A stretch of 64,000 nucleotides of DNA, taken from positions 122,985,164-123,049,163 of the forward strand of contig NC_083406.1 of the NCBI RefSeq assembly GCF_020745735.1, in the 5' to 3' direction. The translations under genes and the position numbers were made by a program. Source of the stretch: Hemiscyllium ocellatum. Taxonomy: Eukaryota. The notes under the pieces are model-generated. The model searched no databases. It had not been told where the DNA came from and was given only the letters and a program-made list of their open reading frames with translations. Positions 13,229-64,000 of this stretch are shown here, piece by piece; position 1 is the stretch's first letter, and each line of letters starts with the position of its first letter.

Positions 13229-13339
13229 AGCAAGTGTAAATGCTACCTTGTAATGGTTGCAGTTTAAGTTAAGTTAATTTGTTTGATCTCTGCCACTTGA
13301 AGAAAGTGTTTGAAATTGCAAAGAAGAGGTTTTGAATAG

Positions 13340-14100
13340 ATTGCCTGGCTTTAGAGACACCAGGATTGGAAGAGATGCAAATGAAGAAACCAAGATGTAG
13401 AAATTTCAGAGTGACTGGCCATAACTTTCCAATCTTCCTTTGACCTAAGTGGCGCCAGAGGACTGGAGAAGTACAGATGTTTACATTTGAGTATAAAGAT
13501 CAGCTAAACAACGGCAGGTCAGCGTAGATTTGTTAAGGACAATTTGTGTTTAACTAACAAATGGAGTTGTTTTTTATTGAGGTATCAGAGATGGTTGAGC
13601 AGGGCAATGCTGCTGATATGTTGTGCATTGACTTTCAAAGTGCTGCACAACAGTCTTGTGAGGAAAGCTGCCATTTGGGTTTTAAAAGGGAAAGTACCAA
13701 CATTGATATGAAATTGGCTAAGTAACAGAAACAGAATAATGGTTATTAACATCTTATGAGATTGGAAGAAAGTTTAAAGTGGAATTCTTTTGGGATTGAT
13801 ATTAGACTGCTGCTCTTCCTGATAAATATTAATGACGTAGACCTAGCTGTATAGGGGACATTTTCAAAATTTGAAGTCAATTAAACATTTGAAAATGAAT
13901 TATGAGGGACATAGCATTAAACACCATAAGGACATAGACAGGTTGATCGAGTGGGTGAACAGGAAATTTAATGCAGAGAAATAGTGAAGTGATTTACTTT
14001 GAGAGAAAGAGGGCACAGCCTGAGAGTGTGGGAGGCAAATTAAATTGAATGTTAAAGAGGGAATTGGATTATTACTTGAACAGGAAAAATGAGTAGATCT
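13340..14100 (+). mobile_element. Old CR1 LINE fragment
   Basis: Degenerate PEDWR, DFQK and YIND-like segments. Confidence 0.55.
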
Positions 14101-16712
14101 AGTAGAAGGACAAACATTAATGTTCTGGCATCATTGGTTCAAATCTCATTGCAGTATCTGGTGGAATATAAATTCAGTTAATGCTAATATCTGCTCTTGA
14201 GGTGTGGAGGGGAGATGATGGCCCAGTGGTATTATTGCTATGCTGTTAATCCAGAAACCTCAGTAATATTCTGGAAACCCAGGTTTGAATTTCCCATGGT
14301 AGATGTTGGAATTTGAATTTGTCATTAAACTGTGGTGCCAGTGTGAATGGGGGAGAGTGTGTGTTTGGGGAGAGGGGTCTTCTTGGGCCTCTCTCTCTCA
14401 ATCCCATATCCTTACTCTCCTCCAAGTCCTCTTCCCACCATCCCTATTTCAATATTGCATTTCTTTCCTGCATGTGGGCAGCAGCTTCCTACCAGGTCTC
14501 ACTTTCCATGTCCTCACCTTTTCAGTGCAGTCTCCCAAGACCTCTAGCAACATGTGGTGATGTTAGGGACATTGAGCAGGGGAGCAGCAGCAGTTGGACG
14601 AACCATGTCTGGAGGAAAAGAGATAGAGGCCTCATGGAGAGTGGTAGAGACAGACAGACTATTTTCTCAACCAGTCATGAACACAGTAGACCTGGTTTAA
14701 AGTTAATTGCCATTCATATTTATACAGACCCAATGTCAGTGGATCAAAGAATCATAGTTAAAAATCACACATCACCAAGTTATAGTCCAACAGGTTTATT
14801 TAGAAGCATTGGCTTTCGGAGTGCTGCTCCCTCATCAGGTGGCTGGAGAGTATAAGATCATAAGGTTCATATGCGACAGTACTGTGCCTTTAAGAGAGAT
14901 GGGTCCTTACCTGTTTCTCTTGAGGAGAGGTGCTGGAATAAAAAAAACAAACAACAAAGAAAATTTACAGCCCAGGAACAGGCCCTTCAGCCCTCCAAGC
15001 CTGAACTAATCCAAATACTCTGTCTAGACTTATTACCCAATTCCTAAGCATCTGTATCCCTCTGCTCCCACCTACTCATGCATCTGTCCAGAAGCATCTT
15101 AAATGAATCTACCATTCCTGCTCCACCACGTCTGCTGGCAACTTGTTCCAGGCACCTACCACCCTCTGTGTAAAGTACTTGCCGTGTATACCCCCTTAAA
15201 CTTTTCACCTCTCATCTTGAACGCGTGACCTGCCATTATTGAATCCCTCACCCTGAGAAAAAGCTTATCTCTATCTACCCTGTTTATACCCCTTCAAGAT
15301 TTTGTAGATCAGGTTCCCATCCAATCAGGTCCCCGCTCAATCTCCTTTTTTCCTAATAAAATCAATCCTAACACTCTCAACCTTTTCTCATAGCTAGCAC
15401 CTTCCATACCAGGCAACATCCTTGCAAACCTTCTCTGGATGTCTCTCTCAGACCGACAGTTGGTAAACAGCTTGTGAGTTCTGCGTGGGTGCTTCTTTTT
15501 GAAAAAAATGAGACAAAAGAATCATGAGTGGGCAGGGTCAGGGCTCACAAAGACCCAGGAGGGTTTTTAGTTTTGCTTTTAGTTAGTTGAAAGTCTGCTG
15601 GTGGCTGAGCTAAAAGCTTTGCATTCCCTGCTGCAAGAGTCTCAGACAGCGAGATTTCCTCATCAAAATCAAAAGAGGCAGCGTATGAGAACCAGAGCTG
15701 TTTTGCTGAGTTGCATTTTTACCAAAGGGTGTATTTGTGAGGTGTTGCCTATATTGAAACAGTTGATGATTAGTGGTTAAATAAGACATTATCTTGTTAA
15801 ATATTACAGGAGAGTTAAAATTATTGCCAGTCGTTTTTTCAATTTTATATGTGTTGTAAGAATACAGTGTAGTTTGCTTAAAGCCTAGTGGTGGATCAAT
15901 AGAATTATATGTGGAACACAGCACCTTACACTTGCCTTTAAATATATGTGAAAGTTAGGGTGTAGGCTATCTTGTTACTGTATTTTGAGGGTTTCTCTTC
16001 TGGTCCATAATACATGATCTTCAGATTGTGCCAGAGGTTTGGAGACATTATGATTGGTGCAGAGTTTGAAGTATGTATTGATGTGTAAATCTTGCAGTGA
16101 CTTGGATTTCCTTAACAGTAGAACAATTTTGTAATATCTACCTTATCAAGCCCACTCAGATCCTGTATTTTTAAATGGGATAAGAACCCAGCATCTTCTG
16201 ACCTAGTCATTTGGTAAAGCACTACCCAATTAACAAACCTAGCAGGAGATCCCCCACTTTGATTCTTGCTATGTGTTAACTGACCCCAGCAATTAGCAGT
16301 CTAAGGGTGGCCTCATCATTCCTGTCTTTGGAGCCAAATCAGCCAAAATTCTGTCGCTTGAACAACATTTAGTTGTTCCTGTTTCCTCTGGGAAGTGAAC
16401 ATGCATGGTGTTTGGATGATGAAGGATTTGGTTTAATGGTGAAGATCCTTACAGTTGTTTGTTCAGCTGTACACACAGTCCAGGCTTATACATGGTTAAT
16501 TGTTGTTTAGATCTGATAACTGCCTGTAACCATGGTTCCAAGAGCTCATTAGAATCACCCTTCACATGATGTGAGAAAACTAAGAATAAAAAAGATATAT
16601 TCTCTCAGCTACTGAATTCAAACTAGGCCAGAATAATGCCAGTTCAGTGAGCACCAGCTACGTTTTAGGCATTTGATGTTCTTTTAATTTTTTTTGTTGT
16701 TTTTCAGTAATT

Positions 16713-61302
<44,590 letters not shown>

Positions 61303-62474
61303 GTCAGTTCTATCAAAGATACCATGATTATAGACTGCTTTTTATGTTAGAGGAACAGGGAGTTAATGGCACAGTGCATTGAGAAAAGTAATAAAATCTC
61401 AAATTCAGATGAACCACTTTCTTTGCAATTTTGGCCTCATTGGAAAAGTCAACATTAGTTGCTCATTCCTAAATGCCCTTAAACTCCAATGTTTTGCTTA
61501 GCCATTTCGGGGGGCAGTTAAGAGTTAACTATGTTGCTATGGGTCTGGAGTCACATGTAGGGCAGTCTGGGTAAGGACAGCAGATTTGCTTCCCTAAAGA
61601 ATACGACCACAGAGATAGGTTTTTACAACAATCAATGATAATTTCATGATCACCATAACTTAGACTAGCCTCTGATTCCAAATTTTATTTTGCAAATTTA
61701 ATTTAAATTCCCTCAGCTGACTTATAGACTCCTAAATGTTTCCAGCGCAGAAGGAGACAATTTGACCATTGTGTCCATATCAGTCAACCAAGATCTGATT
61801 CCATTTTCCAGCTGTTGACCCATAGCCCTGGAGTCTATGAAAGTGAATATCTAAATGTTGCTTAAATATCACAAGAGATTCTGACTCAATCGCCATTATA
61901 GGCAGTGCCTTCTGAGTGTGAAGGTTTGTACTCAACTCCTCTCTGAGCCCTATTCATCTTACCTTAAATCTAGGCTCCCTTGTTATTGACCTCTCTACTA
62001 TCAGAAGATGTATCTTCCTGTTCCCCCGATCTATGCCCCTCATTACCATGCATACCTCTATCAGGACCCCTTTCAATCTTCGCTGCTACATTGGTTGTGG
62101 TTGTTTTCAATCTAATTGTTCCTCACAGCTCAGGTCCTCCAGGCAGCAGCATCTTGGTAAGTCTCCTCTCTATTGCAATCACATCTTTCCTATAATGTGG
62201 TGACCAGAACTGCACATAGCACTCAGTTGTGATCTAACCAGTGTTTTATACAGTTCCAACGTAACCTCCTGATTTTTTTATTCTATGCCTCAGCCAGTAA
62301 AGGCAGGTATCCCATATGTCTTCTTAACCACCTTACCATGCTACCTATAGGGATCTTTTGATGTGCACACTAAAGTCCCTCTGATCTTCTGTATTTTCTG
62401 GGAACCTGCCATTTATAGTGTAACCCTGCCTTACCAGCTCTCCCCAAATGCATTTACATCACACATTTCCAGAT

Positions 62475-64000
62475 GTAGGCTTGTTCGCTGAGCTGGGTAA
62501 CAGCTCACCATACTAGGTAACATCTTCAGTGGGCCTCCGGACGAAGCATTGCTGATGATTCCTGCTTTCTATTTATATGTTTGGGTTTCTTTGGGTTGGT
62601 GATGTCATTTCCTGTTGGGATGTCATTTCCTGTTCTTTTTCTCAGGGAGTGGTAAATTGGGTCCAAGTTTGTTGATAGAGGTCTGGTTGGAATGCCATGC
62701 TTCTAAGAATTCTCATGTATGTCTCTGTTTGGCTTGTTCTAGGATGGATGTGTTGTCCCAATTGAAGTGGTGTCCTTCCTCATCTGTATGTGAGGATATT
62801 AGTGAGAGAGGGTCATGTTGTTTTTTGGCTGGTTGATGTTCATGTAGCCAGGTGGCTAGTTTTCGCCTGTTTGTCCAATGTATTATTTGTTATAGACCTT
62901 GTAAGGTATTTTGTAAATGGTATTAGTTTTGTTTGTTGTCTGTATAGGGTCTTTCAATTTCATTAGCTGCTGTTCTAGTGTGTTAGTGGGTTTGTGGGCT
63001 ACCATGATGCCAAGGAGTCTGGCAGTCATTTCCGAGATGCCTTTGATGTAGGGGAGAGTGGCTAGGATTTCTGGACACGTTTTGTCTGCTTGTTTGTGTT
63101 TGTTGCTGAGAAATCTGCCAACTGTGTCCATTGGGTACCTGTTCTTTTTGAGTACACTGTCTAGGTGATTTTCCTCTGCTCTGTGTAGTTCCTCTGTGCT
63201 ACAGTGTGTGGTGGCTCATTGAAATAATGTTCTGATGCAGCTTTGTTTGTGGATATTGGGATATTTGCCTCTGTAGTTCAATATTTGGTCTGTATGTGTT
63301 GATTTCCTGTAGATGCTGGTTTGAAGTTCGCTCCCCTGTGGCATCTAGGAATGGCAGTTTGTTGTTGTTTTCCTCCTCTCTAGTGAATTTCATGCCAGTA
63401 AGGGTATTATTGATGGTCTTGAAGGTTTCCTCTGATTTGATTCATTACTGATGACAAAGGTGTCATCCATATAGCAGACCCAAAGTTTGGGTTGGATGTT
63501 TGGCAGAGCTGTTTGTTCGAGTCTCTACTAAGAACCCTGATACTGGAGATCCCATGGGTGTTCCATTGGTTTGACTGTAGGTTTTGTTGTTAAAGGTGAA
63601 GTGGGTGGTAAGGCATAGGTCTACTAGATTGACGATGCTGTGTTGGTGTATGTGTCTTTGGGTCTTCTAATAGTGTAGTCAGTGTTTCCTTGGCCAGGCT
63701 GATATTGATTGATGTAAACAGGGCTGTGACATCAACTGGGACAACACGTCCATCCTAGGACAAGCCAAACAGAGACACGCATGAGAATTCCAAGAAGCAT
63801 TCCAACCGGAACTCTATCAACAAATACATTGACTTGTTCCCGATTTATCACTCCCTGAGAAAAAGAACAGGAAATGACATTCCAATAGGAAATGATGTCA
63901 CCACAGGAAATGACATCACCAACCCAAAGAAACCCAAACATATAAATAGAAAGCAGGAATCATCAGCAATGCTTTGTCCAGCAGCTCACTGAAAATATTA
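62475..64000 (-). mobile_element. Decayed Poseidon-type Penelope element with inverted 3' copy (~63735-64000)
   Basis: FTREEENNNKLPFLD, ATLPYIKGISEMTARLL, IYKIP; the plus-strand tail is the reverse complement of ~62520-62770. Confidence 0.8.

Noticed and set aside
14313-14855. 180-aa plus-strand ORF
   Set aside because: Patchwork starting in a SINE remnant and ending in a pLTR; no recognisable domain.

Overview
Eukaryotic (vertebrate) genomic DNA. The repeat content (HE1-like SINEs, CR1/L2 LINEs, Penelope-like elements) points to a shark or other elasmobranch. The window holds a CpG-rich bidirectional promoter (~2280-2810) between SPCS2 (first coding exon, minus strand) and XRRA1 (plus strand). 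For XRRA1 I reconstructed 13 phase-compatible coding exons (570 codons, LRR protein); the gene continues past the window end. The introns are mostly retroelements. Highlights: (1) minimal hammerhead ribozymes from at least three Penelope-like families, including a short non-autonomous, retrozyme-like element present as two independent TSD-flanked insertions with shared junctions; (2) a full-length RPS27A (ubiquitin-S27a) retrocopy inserted, same orientation, at the TATA box of a Gypsy LTR, with an open ORF carrying ubiquitin G53S and R74C; (3) a candidate nested antisense, spliced BED/TTF-type zinc-finger micro-gene; (4) a 260-bp templated duplication bracketing the XRRA1 start exon; (5) nested palindromic Penelope insertions. 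Gene and family names come from my recall of the homologues, not from database searches.
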